Assembly: GCA_964654145.1 (NCBI GenBank)
Contig: CAZZHI010000003.1
Location: 15,312-60,575, forward strand
Length of the DNA stretch: 45,264 bases
Direction of reading: 5' to 3'
Origin: an uncultured Candidatus Saccharibacteria bacterium
Lineage (GTDB): Bacteria; Patescibacteriota; Andersenbacteria; UBA10190
Shown here: positions 18,310 through 27,749 of the stretch, one piece after another
Position numbering within the stretch: the stretch's first letter is position 1
Layout: each line of letters starts with the position of its first letter
The notes under the pieces: generated by a model
Database searches by the model: none
What the model was told of the DNA's origin: nothing
The model's input: the letters and a program-made list of their open reading frames with translations, nothing else
Position numbers and translations under genes: made by a program

Positions 18310-18966
18310 CTAAGCACCCATTGCCAAGTATTCTTCAAGTTGTGCAAATGTTGCGAGAAAGCCAGCTTCTTGCTGAGCTAAAACTTTTTCAATCTCGATT
18401 CTTGCATGCTCGCTTCGGGGGAGAAGGTGTTCTCCTTGGGATCCGTATACGTGCTTATTCCAGTTCATTTTTTCCGGGCAAAGAAAACGTATGTGTAGGT
18501 GGTGGTGCTGTTCCTTGAATGACTTAAGCATTGCGAGGGCTGTGCGAAGTACTTGGTGTTTCTGCATAATAACTGCAACCGTAAACCAGTTTCTTTGTTT
18601 GCATAGTGCAACAAAGCCGTCACTTTCTCCTCTGGTGTGTATGGCGGTCGGAGTAATAGTACCAACGTTGTCGGGAGGTACTCCTAGGTTTTGCAAGTTG
18701 GTAATCCATGCCTCTGGGCCAGGATACATTGTCGGAACAACTGCGCCAGAGAAGGTGAGCCCCGCCATTGTGTCTGGAATATAGATCTCTCCGCTTTTGC
18801 CATCCCTATAGAATTGGGCCGCTGTTTCTAGGATTCCGGAGTCACCTTCTGTGGCCTCCCAGTCTCCTTGAGCTCTTCCAAAAATGAACGTAGCGCTAAC
18901 TTTCGTTTGGGGGGTGCGTTGTACGAGTGATGTAGCGAGCTCTCCGATTGATAGGGGGGTAGCCAT
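18310..18966 (-). CDS. DUF218 / YdcF-ElyC-like protein (tentative)
   Basis: 218 aa and soluble. The pattern ATFIFG...ETAAQFYRDGKSGEIYIP...GPEAWITNLQNLGVPPDNV...HTRGESDGFVALCKQRNWFTVAVIMQKHQVLRTALAM resembles the DUF218 layout (VLG, a short G-containing loop, EA..M..L...GVP, NT.EN....vvVTs..H..RA). An AAGGA box lies 6 nt upstream of the ATG. Confidence 0.4.
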   Translation of the reverse strand: MATPLSIGELATSLVQRTPQTKVSATFIFGRAQGDWEATEGDSGILETAAQFYRDGKSGEIYIPDTMAGLTFSGAVVPTMYPGPEAWITNLQNLGVPPDNVGTITPTAIHTRGESDGFVALCKQRNWFTVAVIMQKHQVLRTALAMLKSFKEQHHHLHIRFLCPEKMNWNKHVYGSQGEHLLPRSEHARIEIEKVLAQQEAGFLATFAQLEEYLAMGA

Positions 18967-19042
18967 GTGTAATCCTTTGTATTGAGAGTTTTAAAGTGCT
19001 AGGGTGCAGAACGAATAACCTATAATCTTAGCACTAATTATA

Positions 19043-20500
19043 CTATTTGTCAATTTTATCTATCTTGTATATCCAAACGTATTCCTCGTTGTTAAGGCTA
19101 ATAATTTTTTCTGGAATTTTATTTTTATATTCTACCAGCACTTTCGTTTCCCAGCGCTCTTGGGCACGGCCTTCCATTGTTCTATAGAGAACTACATAGT
19201 CAGCTCCAATTTCTTGGGCGGACTCTTTTCCTAGGCGCTCTGCAGATGTGAACTTACCTTTGAAGTGATAGGCAAAAGAACTCTCGTAATACGCAGCTAC
19301 GAGCAAATCTTCGGCGTTTGGTTTTTCGTTTAGGTATGCAGCGGCTACATCTAGTCCTTCACCCCAGCCCATTGTTCGTCCTTTTGCGATGGATACAAAG
19401 AGAGGATTTCGATAGGCGAGTTCGTGTGGATGAAGTCGCACTATTTCGTATGCTTGCCATGAAATTCCAATAACGCACAGCGCAATTACTACTTTTATAT
19501 ATTTTTTAAACAGGCTTACAAGTACAAGCGCGCTTATAACATCGAATGCTAAAAAGACGGGGAGCATGTAGCGGTCACCTTTTTTAATAGAGTATTGGAT
19601 TTCAAGGAAGAATATAATGCAAAAAAGCGACAGCATAATTATCGGCCAGCGGTACGGATTCTTTTTTGTGAGAATAAAGGCAATAGATAGAAGCCCAATA
19701 AGTTGAAGTGGAGTTGTCCAAATAAGAAATGCTTCCGGATACCACCAAGGCCCTAGTGCATGCACGTGCTGCTGGAAGTGTTCTGTGGTAAAAAATGTAA
19801 CACTACCTTCCCATACATAGGAAAAATTTGTAAGAAGCGTGGGAAAAACGATAACAGCAGTTAAAAGCCCAGCCCCTATTCCCGTTCCTATTCCCCGTAA
19901 GGCTTTATTCCAAGAAACTTTTTTTGCGAGTACTACGATAATTGTCCCTATAATAACGTATATAACGAGACCAAAAGCAGATAGTTTTGATAGCATTGCA
20001 AGTGCGGAAAATACACCAACGAGCGCGATATCATACTTTTTTTTATGTTCGATCCAAAGAATGTGGTGAATAATTGTTGCAATAGAAAACATGCCTAATA
20101 GCGCATCCATTGCGAGCACTCGGGAGTGTGCTATAAGAAGCGGATTTAATGCTAAGAGGAAACCAGTTATAAGCGCGGCGGTATCGCCCCAGCCTCGCCT
20201 AACAATGTAGGTAATATACAAAACAGAAATACTCAAAAAGAGAGCGAGTGGGAGGCGCTTTTCTCCCCAAGTAGGAGCGGCGATGCTTGCTGCAGCAAGC
20301 CATTGGGCTGTAATTCCTGGGTGGGGTTGTTGATATAAGCTTTTTAGATCTCCCTGTGTGAGTCCTTTAACAAAGTTTTGGGTGTTCCTTTCCCACTGTG
20401 GTTCGTCGGGGGAGGTGAATGCATCTAATAGGAAAACCCTCGGAGCAAAAGTGACGACAGCGAGGAGGATATAGGCAAAAATGACCCATTCTTTCTTCAT
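19043..20500 (-). CDS. GT39/PMT_2-like GT-C glycosyltransferase (group 1)
   Basis: 485 aa. Group-1 blocks: FTSPDEPQWERNTQNF...PHPGITAQW, LNPLLIAHSRVLAMDALL, KKGDRYMLPVF and TMGWGEGLDVAAAYLNEKPN. Confidence 0.8.
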   Translation of the reverse strand: MKKEWVIFAYILLAVVTFAPRVFLLDAFTSPDEPQWERNTQNFVKGLTQGDLKSLYQQPHPGITAQWLAAASIAAPTWGEKRLPLALFLSISVLYITYIVRRGWGDTAALITGFLLALNPLLIAHSRVLAMDALLGMFSIATIIHHILWIEHKKKYDIALVGVFSALAMLSKLSAFGLVIYVIIGTIIVVLAKKVSWNKALRGIGTGIGAGLLTAVIVFPTLLTNFSYVWEGSVTFFTTEHFQQHVHALGPWWYPEAFLIWTTPLQLIGLLSIAFILTKKNPYRWPIIMLSLFCIIFFLEIQYSIKKGDRYMLPVFLAFDVISALVLVSLFKKYIKVVIALCVIGISWQAYEIVRLHPHELAYRNPLFVSIAKGRTMGWGEGLDVAAAYLNEKPNAEDLLVAAYYESSFAYHFKGKFTSAERLGKESAQEIGADYVVLYRTMEGRAQERWETKVLVEYKNKIPEKIISLNNEEYVWIYKIDKIDK

Positions 20501-20560
20501 GTTTTAGTAGTATATCATGGCACTCGACAAGTAAACCTTCCTTGAGGCATACTATCTTTT
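20501..20560. promoter_or_regulatory. Divergent promoter pair
   Basis: Minus strand: extended -10 TGATATACT (20517-20509), then 8 nt to ATG 20500. Plus strand: TCGACA (20524-20529), N18, CATACT (20548-20553), then 7 nt to ATG 20561. Confidence 0.4.
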
Positions 20561-21283
20561 ATGGATGTACGAGAAGCTTACGCGCACTACTTATCTACTC
20601 ACTTTGGCCGAGCGGGGCGTCAAGATGACGACAACTTTTTATTTCAAGAGCGGTACTTTAGGAAGAACTATCTTCCATTTTTACCAAAAGATAAAAAAGC
20701 TCGAATTATTGATTTAGGTACCGGTTTAGGGCATGTGCTTTTCTTTCTAAAGCGCGCTGGCTATAACGATATTCTCGGAGTTGATGTTGGGCATGAAGTT
20801 ATTGAGTTTTGTCGTTCTCATAAATTCCCAGTAGTCGAAGAGGAAATTGTTACTTGGCTTAAGCAGAACAAAGAGTCCGCAGATGCGCTTGTGCTCAATG
20901 ACGTATTGGAGCATCAAACGAAACCGGAAATGTGGGCAATGCTTGAGGCAATGCGCGACGCATTAAAGCCGGGAGGAGTTGTACTTATTAAGGTGCCTAA
21001 TATGGGGAACCCATTACTTGGAAACGATAGTAGGTATCTTGATATTACTCATCAGAACGGGTTTAACGAAAATAGCCTACGTCAGGCCTTGTTTATGGCA
21101 AAGTATTCAAAAGTGCACGTTATTGGGCCCGATATTTACGTAACAAAAAATCCAATAGTAAATGGTATATGTCGAGTATTAGCTAGTATTCTTGATGGAA
21201 TCTTTTATGCTATTTTCCGATTTTATGGGCGTACGGAAACAAAGATATTTCGTAAAAACATTCTTGCTATCGCACAAAAATGA
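20561..21283 (+). CDS. Class I SAM-dependent methyltransferase with a hydrophobic C-terminal segment
   Basis: 240 aa. Motif I is IIDLGTGLGHVLFFL, followed by VLEHQTKPEMWAMLEAMRDALKPGGVVLIKVPN. The tail is NGICRVLASILDGIFYAIFRFY. Confidence 0.8.
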   Translation: MDVREAYAHYLSTHFGRAGRQDDDNFLFQERYFRKNYLPFLPKDKKARIIDLGTGLGHVLFFLKRAGYNDILGVDVGHEVIEFCRSHKFPVVEEEIVTWLKQNKESADALVLNDVLEHQTKPEMWAMLEAMRDALKPGGVVLIKVPNMGNPLLGNDSRYLDITHQNGFNENSLRQALFMAKYSKVHVIGPDIYVTKNPIVNGICRVLASILDGIFYAIFRFYGRTETKIFRKNILAIAQK

Positions 21284-21302
21284 CCCAAGAGGGTCATTTT
21301 TT
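21276..21302. terminator. Compact bidirectional intrinsic terminator that contains both stop codons
   Basis: The hairpin is TGACCC (21281-21286), loop AAGA, GGGTCA (21291-21296). TTTTTT follows on the plus strand and TTTTT on the minus strand. The left arm contains the TGA stop of 20561-21283. The right arm is the reverse-complemented TGA stop of 21294-22484. Confidence 0.55.
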
Positions 21303-22484
21303 GATAGCGGCTTCGTAGGCTCGAGTAATTCGCTCTGCCACTGCGTCCCATGAGTAGTCTTTTACCGCTTTTTCTCTCACGCTGTTTGCAAGCTCTTTTC
21401 TTCGAGAGTCGTTATTTAAAAGCTCTATCATTGCCTTTGCGAGGCCTTGGGGATTATTAAAGTCATATACATATACCCCTAAATTACCGAGCACTTCTCT
21501 GTTCATGATAGTATCGAATGCTATGGTGGGTAGCCCTGTTGCCATGTAGTTATAAATTTTTCCATTCGCTTCGGTCTGAGATCGTTTTGGAGCTACTGCA
21601 ATATCCCCCAGGCGAAGGTACGCAGGAGCGTCTTCGTACATAACTCTTCCAGTAACTTTTACAGAAGATGTAAGCCCCATATCTTCTACTCGCATGCGGT
21701 AATGCTCTTCGTTCGGGTAGCCCATAAGAAGGAGAAAGGCATCAGAGACTTCTCGCAGTACAAGTGGGAAGGCCTCTAGGAGAATATCCACGCCTTTATG
21801 GGGTGATAGGCCACCTAAATATACAATTACTTTTTTGTTGTCAGGCACACCGAGTTTATGGGCAAGTGCGCTATCCCGCTCTCCTGGAGTAAACATTTGC
21901 GTGCTTACGCCATCGTATGCCATGAATATTTTTTCTACTGGAATTGAAAATTTATGTTCAGATTCTTCGCGCATTTCAGTTGATTGTACGAGTACTGCAT
22001 CCGCCATGTGGTCAATATATGTTTCGATGGCATACCACATGTTTGTAAGCCACGTTGTTTTTACGAGCGGAAAGTTATGTGCAATAAGTTCACCAGTTAG
22101 GCTTCCTTGCATGTCGAATACGAGGGGGATATTGAGAAGCTTTTTTAGGATCCACCCCAGCACCGCCCCTTCATGAAGATGGGCATGAATGATATCGGGT
22201 TTAAATTGTAGCGCTGTTTTCCATGCAGTAATGAGGAGGAGGGGGTCAACATAAAACTTATGCCATGAAGGCCCAGGGCCTAGTTTTTTATACCATGGTA
22301 CCCGAACGCTGCGCGTAATATGGAGGCCTGGCAAGTCCCTTCCGAGGTGATAGGTGACTATCTGGACTTTATACCCCTTACGCTCAAGGGCGTATGCTTG
22401 TTCGGCAATATGCATATGGCATCCTCGATCTGCGAAGAAGGGGGTAGGCGCTAACACGAGAATTTTACGAATAGGCTTGTTCAT
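21294..22484 (-). CDS. GT4-family (GT-B) glycosyltransferase
   Basis: 396 aa. N-terminus KILVLAPTPFFADRGCHMHIAEQAYAL. The C-terminal Glycos_transf_1-type region has KKVIVYLGGLSPHKGVDILLEAFP and QTEANGKIYNYMATGLPTIAFD. It lies 10 bp downstream of the GT-C gene 22495-24117. Confidence 0.8.
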   Translation of the reverse strand: MNKPIRKILVLAPTPFFADRGCHMHIAEQAYALERKGYKVQIVTYHLGRDLPGLHITRSVRVPWYKKLGPGPSWHKFYVDPLLLITAWKTALQFKPDIIHAHLHEGAVLGWILKKLLNIPLVFDMQGSLTGELIAHNFPLVKTTWLTNMWYAIETYIDHMADAVLVQSTEMREESEHKFSIPVEKIFMAYDGVSTQMFTPGERDSALAHKLGVPDNKKVIVYLGGLSPHKGVDILLEAFPLVLREVSDAFLLLMGYPNEEHYRMRVEDMGLTSSVKVTGRVMYEDAPAYLRLGDIAVAPKRSQTEANGKIYNYMATGLPTIAFDTIMNREVLGNLGVYVYDFNNPQGLAKAMIELLNNDSRRKELANSVREKAVKDYSWDAVAERITRAYEAAIKK

Positions 22485-22494
22485 TTCTTATACG

Positions 22495-24117
22495 TTACTC
22501 TATATGGCTCACATCGTATATTTCTACTCGAGGGCCTGCAATATGCCAAAGCTTAGGATCGATTCGGTATACAAGATGTCCGCGAGATCGGATTTCTTCA
22601 TAGAATGCTCGGTATGAAGCTGTCGCTTCTGGGTATAGGCGAGAAGATGTTGGGTCAAAATAGCGATCAACAATGCGACTATCCATTGCGATATATTGAA
22701 CATTTTTTTCTTTTACCCAATAGGATATGTCTTTCGCTCTATCGTGGGAAACTTCGGGGTCTGATGCGTTTAGATTTGCGTATACTTCATCAATTCGTAC
22801 TGTGTTGTAATTAGTATCATTCCAGTCAATAAGTTTGATGGGCGTGTGCTGGAGAATAGTGCTTCCGTGGGGTATGTGTTCCTTTGCAAAAGCGACTGCA
22901 TTGCTATGAGTTGATCCTCCGGCGTATGCCATATCAAAGCCAATTGCTAAAATAATGTTTTGCAGTGTTACAAAAGAGACCCCAGCAACAAGGAGGTAAT
23001 GAACGATAAGATTGTTTGGCTTTTTCCATTTTGATATATGAAATACTGCCCATGCCGCAAGAATTGATACGAGAGGAGTTAGCGGTAGTAAGCGTTTAAC
23101 CGCATAGAGGGGCAGTCTGCCGATGATTGCAATGTACATAATGATGATTGCGGCTCCTATAATAGTGATAAACAGCCAATCTTTTTTGTATAGAGCAATA
23201 CATACCCCTAGAATTGCCAATGCTACGATCAAAGGACTAAATTCCCACCAGACGCCAGAAACAGTAAACGGCAGGCCCCAATCAGGAGAAGCTGTTGTGA
23301 GCGGCCAAAAAAAGTCAGGGCGAGTATATCCTAAATCTCCACCAGCTCCACGAAGTTGTAACTGTTTATATATTTCAGTGCTTTCTTTTAATTTAATGAC
23401 GGTGTAGGGGGTTGCTGCTATAAAGGCGAGCGGAATAACAAGGAGCCCCAATAGTATCTTGCGTGAAAATATTTCTCGCAATAAAAATGCCTTGTGTTGT
23501 GCGATGATCGCAATATGGGCAAGAATCAGGACAATGCCAACAGTAAGGCCAGTATAATGAGTCGCGCCGGAAAGCCCGGTAAATATCCCCGTCAGAATGT
23601 ACCATTTTAATCTTCCTGTTTGTGCTAAGCGTATTGCTGCCCAAACCGCTAATGTTGTTGCAAGGGTTAGAGGGATGTCTACGTGGGCATAGTGGGAATA
23701 TTTTACATGAAGAGGCAAGAAGGCGAGAAAAAGCGCAGCAATAAGGCCAAGTGTTGGATTGCGCAACTCTTTTCCAATTCGATATACAACATATATTGTT
23801 GCTGTGCCAAAGAGTGCTGTTACTATTCGCGCAATACGTGTATATACATCTACTGATGTGTCGGGGCTGGGGTATGGTGCCCCAAGAAGCGCTGCGGGAA
23901 TAAATGCCGCCCCTAAAACGTAATGATAGAAATGAGGGTAGTACGACCCTTTTGGGTACAGAAGCGGTTCTTGTTTTCCTTGCGCAAGGCGAACCGATGG
24001 GGTTATTACCTTGTTTTCATCGGTGTAGATTTGGTGGTTAATGCTCCATAGTCTCACAGCGAGCGCTACTCCCAGGAGGGCGAGGAGGCTATAGCTTATA
24101 AGGGGTCGATGCTTCAC
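22495..24117 (-). CDS. GT-C-type polytopic glycosyltransferase (ArnT-like, singleton group)
   Basis: 540 aa with a GTG start and about 13 helices. Loop 1 is RLWSINHQIYTDENKVITPSVRL. Also present are LPLHVKYSHYAHVDIPLTL and a soluble ~130-aa C-terminal domain. Confidence 0.65.
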   Translation of the reverse strand: MKHRPLISYSLLALLGVALAVRLWSINHQIYTDENKVITPSVRLAQGKQEPLLYPKGSYYPHFYHYVLGAAFIPAALLGAPYPSPDTSVDVYTRIARIVTALFGTATIYVVYRIGKELRNPTLGLIAALFLAFLPLHVKYSHYAHVDIPLTLATTLAVWAAIRLAQTGRLKWYILTGIFTGLSGATHYTGLTVGIVLILAHIAIIAQHKAFLLREIFSRKILLGLLVIPLAFIAATPYTVIKLKESTEIYKQLQLRGAGGDLGYTRPDFFWPLTTASPDWGLPFTVSGVWWEFSPLIVALAILGVCIALYKKDWLFITIIGAAIIIMYIAIIGRLPLYAVKRLLPLTPLVSILAAWAVFHISKWKKPNNLIVHYLLVAGVSFVTLQNIILAIGFDMAYAGGSTHSNAVAFAKEHIPHGSTILQHTPIKLIDWNDTNYNTVRIDEVYANLNASDPEVSHDRAKDISYWVKEKNVQYIAMDSRIVDRYFDPTSSRLYPEATASYRAFYEEIRSRGHLVYRIDPKLWHIAGPRVEIYDVSHIE

Positions 24118-24195
24118 TGCTCAACTATATCAAATAGTGAGACTTGGTGGTATTTCCTTTTTGGGTCTGCCATACTTCTATATAAGACGCTTTTT
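24118..24195. promoter_or_regulatory. Divergent promoter pair
   Basis: Minus strand: extended -10 TGATATAGT (24132-24124), then 6 nt to GTG 24117. Plus strand: TATAAG (24181-24186), then 9 nt to ATG 24196. Confidence 0.35.
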
Positions 24196-24912
24196 ATGAT
24201 CACACCAGAGAAAACCATTATTTTAATCCCAACATATAACGAGGCTGATAACATACGAATCACGCTTCAAAAGATTCATGATATCGACCCCGCTTTTCAT
24301 GTTCTCGTATTAGACGATAATTCTCCTGATGGCACGGCTGCAGTTGTTCGAGATGCTAAGAAAAATTACCCTAACGCCTCTGTACTTGTTCGTACGAGTA
24401 ACCGAGGGTTTGCGCAATCCTATATAGATGGATTTAATCTTGTAATTGCCGGGGCAGAGTACGAAGCAGTAATTACTATGGATGCTGACTTTTCTCATGA
24501 ACCAAAAGAGTTACCAGCTTTATTGCAGCTGCTTAATAATGGAGCGGATATTGCTATTGGTTCTCGATATGCAAGGAAGCAATCGTTCCCTCATATATCT
24601 TTATGGCGTCGAATTATGAGTCGATTTGCAAACTTTTATGTACGTACGGTATTGGGGTTGCCAATTACTGATTGTACGGCTGGTTTTATTGCTATGCGAA
24701 CAGACGCATTGCGAAGATTGAGTATGGAGCGTGTGCGTACGGAAGGGTACGGGTTTTTGTTCCAGTTAAAATATCGCGCATATAAAAGCGGATTTCGTAT
24801 GGCTGAACATCCCGTTGCATGGCCAGAGCGCCATCAAGGAAGCTCCAAGATGAACCTGAGGCGTATATTTGAATCTTTCTTATTGCCCTGGAAGATTAAG
24901 TTTGGTTCGTAG
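24196..24912 (+). CDS. Polyprenol-phosphate mannose (or other hexose) synthase, Ppm1/DPM1-like GT2
   Basis: The track ORF starts at 24109. I moved the start to ATG 24196 (MITPEKTIILIPTYNE) because the upstream 29 codons overlap the divergent gene and promoter and are absent from this family. Family blocks: IILIPTYNEADNI, VLVLDDNSPDGT, ITMDADFSHEPKELP, IAIGSRY and DCTAGF. There are no TM segments. Confidence 0.85.
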   Translation: MITPEKTIILIPTYNEADNIRITLQKIHDIDPAFHVLVLDDNSPDGTAAVVRDAKKNYPNASVLVRTSNRGFAQSYIDGFNLVIAGAEYEAVITMDADFSHEPKELPALLQLLNNGADIAIGSRYARKQSFPHISLWRRIMSRFANFYVRTVLGLPITDCTAGFIAMRTDALRRLSMERVRTEGYGFLFQLKYRAYKSGFRMAEHPVAWPERHQGSSKMNLRRIFESFLLPWKIKFGS

Positions 24913-24914
24913 GT

Positions 24915-26222
24915 TTATCCTTCTACGATTTCGAAACGGGGAAGGGGAACGATGAATTTACCGCCAGATGTAAGGTAATCTTGTTCTCGGTTTTTAAACT
25001 CTGGTAAGAAATGCCAAGGCAGTACTAGGAAGTAGTCTGGTTTTGCAGCGCGTGCGTCTTCTTCTGAGACAATAGGGATAAGTGTTCCAACTGTTTTCTT
25101 ACCCCATTTATCCGGGTTTCGTTCAGCCGCTGCGGTGATGATATTGTGGTCAAGTCCAAAGTATTGAAGTAGGGTATTGCCTTTGGTTGAGGCTCCATAT
25201 ACGTATACGGTTTTTCCGTTTTCAACTTCTTTTTTGATAAATGAAGTTACCTTTTCTTTAATTGTTTCAACCTCTTTTGCAAAATCCAGGTAGGGAGTCA
25301 GGGTATCGAGCTCCATAGTTTTCTCTTGGTTTCGTAGGCCTTCTATGCGCCCTGCTGCGCCTTCGAATGGAACAACGGACGTATTATCTGCATGAGTAAT
25401 GTAGGTTCTGTAGCTTCCACCGTTTACATCATTAAGCTCAACGTCAATAATTTTAAGCCCATGGCGGCTAAGTAGGTTTTCCAGAGAAAGAAGAGAGTAA
25501 TACTCGAGGTGTTCGTGGCAGATATTATCAAAAATATTATCGAGCAACATACTTGGCAAATACGCCATCTGAATAATCCAAAGCCCATCTTTTGCAATAC
25601 AAGAAGCTGCATCGGCAGTGAATTTGTTTGGGTCTTCTAGGTCGTAAAACATGGCAATGCTTGTCATAATCTTTGCCTTTGCCCCGTTTGATTTTTCTAA
25701 AAATGGCTGTGCAGAAAAGAAATCGTTAATAACGGTAATTTCTGGGTCTTGCGCATACGGCATCAGGTTAGTTGCCGGCTCGAATCCGATTCGGTGCACA
25801 TTCGGTACTTTGTAAGATTTTAAAAGCGTATTATCATTGCTTCCGGTATCGATAATAAAATCACCAGATTGAAGATTTGCAAGTTTGGAAGCTTTTTCTG
25901 TTATATCCGCAAGCGCATCACGCATGGTTTGATTAATTCCTGATCGATACCAGTAGTTGCGATACAGTGCCGGTTGGTCGGCAGTATGCTTGAGTTGAAG
26001 TAATCCGCATCCATTTTCTGATGCGTTGCAAATTACCAGCTCTAGAGGAGCGCTGGCGTTTTCTGTCATTTCGTCTACGAAGTCGGATATGTATTGTTCT
26101 CCGAGTGAAAGTACGTGATCGAGTGTTGTGTTGCCGCATACTCGACACGCAGTCACTATTCGGGCCTGGGCTGGGGACTCTGATGTTATCCGTGCATCCG
26201 TATTGTTCTTTTCAGTAGGCAT
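24915..26222 (-). CDS. Zinc-ribbon SAM-dependent methyltransferase, NDP-hexose C-methyltransferase-like (TylCIII/EvaC architecture)
   Basis: 435 aa. The N-terminus has a Cys4 ribbon (CRVCGNTTL ... VICNASENGCG). The SAM core is IIDTGSNDNTLL. The C-terminal domain has VYVYGASTKGNTLLQYF and DYFLVLPWHF. It is a paralogue of 27750-28982. Confidence 0.7.
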   Translation of the reverse strand: MPTEKNNTDARITSESPAQARIVTACRVCGNTTLDHVLSLGEQYISDFVDEMTENASAPLELVICNASENGCGLLQLKHTADQPALYRNYWYRSGINQTMRDALADITEKASKLANLQSGDFIIDTGSNDNTLLKSYKVPNVHRIGFEPATNLMPYAQDPEITVINDFFSAQPFLEKSNGAKAKIMTSIAMFYDLEDPNKFTADAASCIAKDGLWIIQMAYLPSMLLDNIFDNICHEHLEYYSLLSLENLLSRHGLKIIDVELNDVNGGSYRTYITHADNTSVVPFEGAAGRIEGLRNQEKTMELDTLTPYLDFAKEVETIKEKVTSFIKKEVENGKTVYVYGASTKGNTLLQYFGLDHNIITAAAERNPDKWGKKTVGTLIPIVSEEDARAAKPDYFLVLPWHFLPEFKNREQDYLTSGGKFIVPLPRFEIVEG

Positions 26223-26245
26223 TGTATATTGCTGTTAAGTATTTC

Positions 26246-26917
26246 ATGAATATTAAAACAGAGCAAATTTGGGATGAAGTGTGGCAAACGGGAGCTTCCG
26301 GCAGCTTTATAACGCGCCTTCGGCTTATCTATAATAGAATGCTCGGTAAGCTTATTTTGCCCCACGTAGATATCCAAGGGCGTTCATTGGAGTTAGGCTG
26401 CGGAACGGCACAGCTTACACTTATGGTAGCGCCTCATATTAAGGAAGCGGTGGGACTGGATATTTCTTCTGAGGGGCTAGCTATTGCCGCTCGAGAGCAA
26501 AGTCGACTTCATGTTGTAAATACACACTTTATAAAAGCTGATGTAAACGATGTCCCATTTAAAAATGAGTTTGATGTGGTTTGGAGCGCAGGATTGATCG
26601 AACATTTTTTCGATAGGGATATTGAAATAGTTCAGCAGCATATTAAAGCAGCTAAACCTGGCGGCGTTGTGGTCATGAGCGTGCCGTACGCATATAGTTT
26701 GCACAGTTTGCACTATGCAATAACGCGCCCAGCTATCATGAGGCGGTTTTGGCCCTGGAGCCAAGAGAGGAATTTTCAGAAGTTTTATTCAAAGCGGGCA
26801 TTACGATTGCTAGCGCGAAAAATAGGCCTTCCTTATAAAGTATATTTTTTGCCTCCATGGCCTATTGGGCTATTGCTTGGAATTGTTGTTATTCAGATTT
26901 TGAAAAACAAAGACTAG
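26246..26917 (+). CDS. Class I SAM-dependent methyltransferase with a hydrophobic C-terminal segment
   Basis: The track start is TTG 26222, which overlaps the divergent ATG. I prefer ATG 26246 (MNIKTEQIW). Motif I is SLELGCGTAQLTLMV, followed by LIEHFFDRDIEIVQQHIKAAKPGGVVVMSVP. The tail is PPWPIGLLLGIVVIQIL. Confidence 0.75.
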   Translation: MNIKTEQIWDEVWQTGASGSFITRLRLIYNRMLGKLILPHVDIQGRSLELGCGTAQLTLMVAPHIKEAVGLDISSEGLAIAAREQSRLHVVNTHFIKADVNDVPFKNEFDVVWSAGLIEHFFDRDIEIVQQHIKAAKPGGVVVMSVPYAYSLHSLHYAITRPAIMRRFWPWSQERNFQKFYSKRALRLLARKIGLPYKVYFLPPWPIGLLLGIVVIQILKNKD

Positions 26918-26978
26918 GCGAGAGCTGTTGGGGCACTCCTCTTTACTGTGTTCTTGCTCATACGGTACTGTTAGGTTT

Positions 26979-27683
26979 ATGAGTGATCGTGAAGTACAGC
27001 CTCGAGTTGTTATATTGATGCCTTCGTATCGTGCGGGAAAGCGGGTAGTTGATACGTATAATAGAATCCCGAAGGATGCGGTTTCTGAAGTGATTATTGT
27101 AGATGATGCATCCCCAGACGATACCTTTGAGTATGCAAAGACGTTGCCAGCAAAAGTGTTTCGCAATGAAAAAAATAAGGGATACGGGGGGAATATGAAA
27201 TTTTTACTTCAAAAGGGTCTTGAGACTGATGGGGATATTTTTATTGAATTACATGCAGACGGTCAGTATGACCCGGCTGTTATTCCCCAAGCAGTTGCGG
27301 CGCTCCGCGCAAGTGATGGAATGCTGTTAGGTTCTCGGGTTATGACTTCTAAAAATGCGCTGAATAATGGAATGCCATTTATTAAGTACATCATGAATAG
27401 GATTCTTACTATGATTGCTAATATGGCGCTCGGAAGTAATCTTACGGAATTTCATTCAGGCTTTCGTGTATATACGCGACCTTTTTTAGAAAAAGTTGAT
27501 GTAATGAAGAATTCTAACGATCACTTATTTAGTTTTGAAACAATTGTGCAGGCGTTGCGCAATGGATTTACTGTACGAGAAATACCTGTTGTTTGTACAT
27601 ATGAGCCAGGCGTGACGCAGATGAATTTGAAAAAAGGGATCAAATATACGATCGAAATGCTGACAGCTTTGACTCGATTATAG
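26979..27683 (+). CDS. GT2 glycosyltransferase, soluble DPM1/GtrB-core-like (second candidate polyprenyl-phosphate-sugar synthase)
   Basis: I moved the start to ATG 26979 (MSDREVQPRVVILMPSY). GT2 blocks are VVILMPSYRAGKRV, VIIVDDASPDDT, NKGYGGN and ELHADGQYDP. The protein is about 234 aa with no TM helices. Confidence 0.65.
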   Translation: MSDREVQPRVVILMPSYRAGKRVVDTYNRIPKDAVSEVIIVDDASPDDTFEYAKTLPAKVFRNEKNKGYGGNMKFLLQKGLETDGDIFIELHADGQYDPAVIPQAVAALRASDGMLLGSRVMTSKNALNNGMPFIKYIMNRILTMIANMALGSNLTEFHSGFRVYTRPFLEKVDVMKNSNDHLFSFETIVQALRNGFTVREIPVVCTYEPGVTQMNLKKGIKYTIEMLTALTRL

Positions 27684-27749
27684 GCAGCTTTTCAACTGTA
27701 CGCTTTTTGTGTAGTGTCTATATATACTACTAACCAATGTTCTAAAACT

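Noticed and set aside
18967-19042. An inverted repeat, AGTGCTA (18996-19002) / TAGCACT (19029-19035), as a terminator for 19043-20500.
   Set aside because: The stem is only 7 bp, the loop is 26 nt, and only a weak T-run follows on the relevant strand. This is too weak to call. The region more likely holds the promoter and SD for 18310-18966.
22485-22494. A TATAAG hexamer in the 10-bp gap between 22495-24117 and 21294-22484, as an internal promoter.
   Set aside because: It lies only 2 nt from the ATG, too close to direct a transcript that includes the start codon. It is most likely a chance match in AT-rich spacer, and the two genes are probably co-transcribed.
24109-24195. N-terminal extensions in three track ORFs: 24109 for the Ppm1-like gene, 31418 for the methyltransferase and 26928 for the GT2.
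   Set aside because: The extra residues (MLHCSTISNSETWW..., MMELLNRKYLRG..., MGHSSLLCSCSYG...) are not part of these families. They overlap upstream genes or promoter regions. Internal ATGs at 24196, 31514 and 26979 give canonical N-termini.
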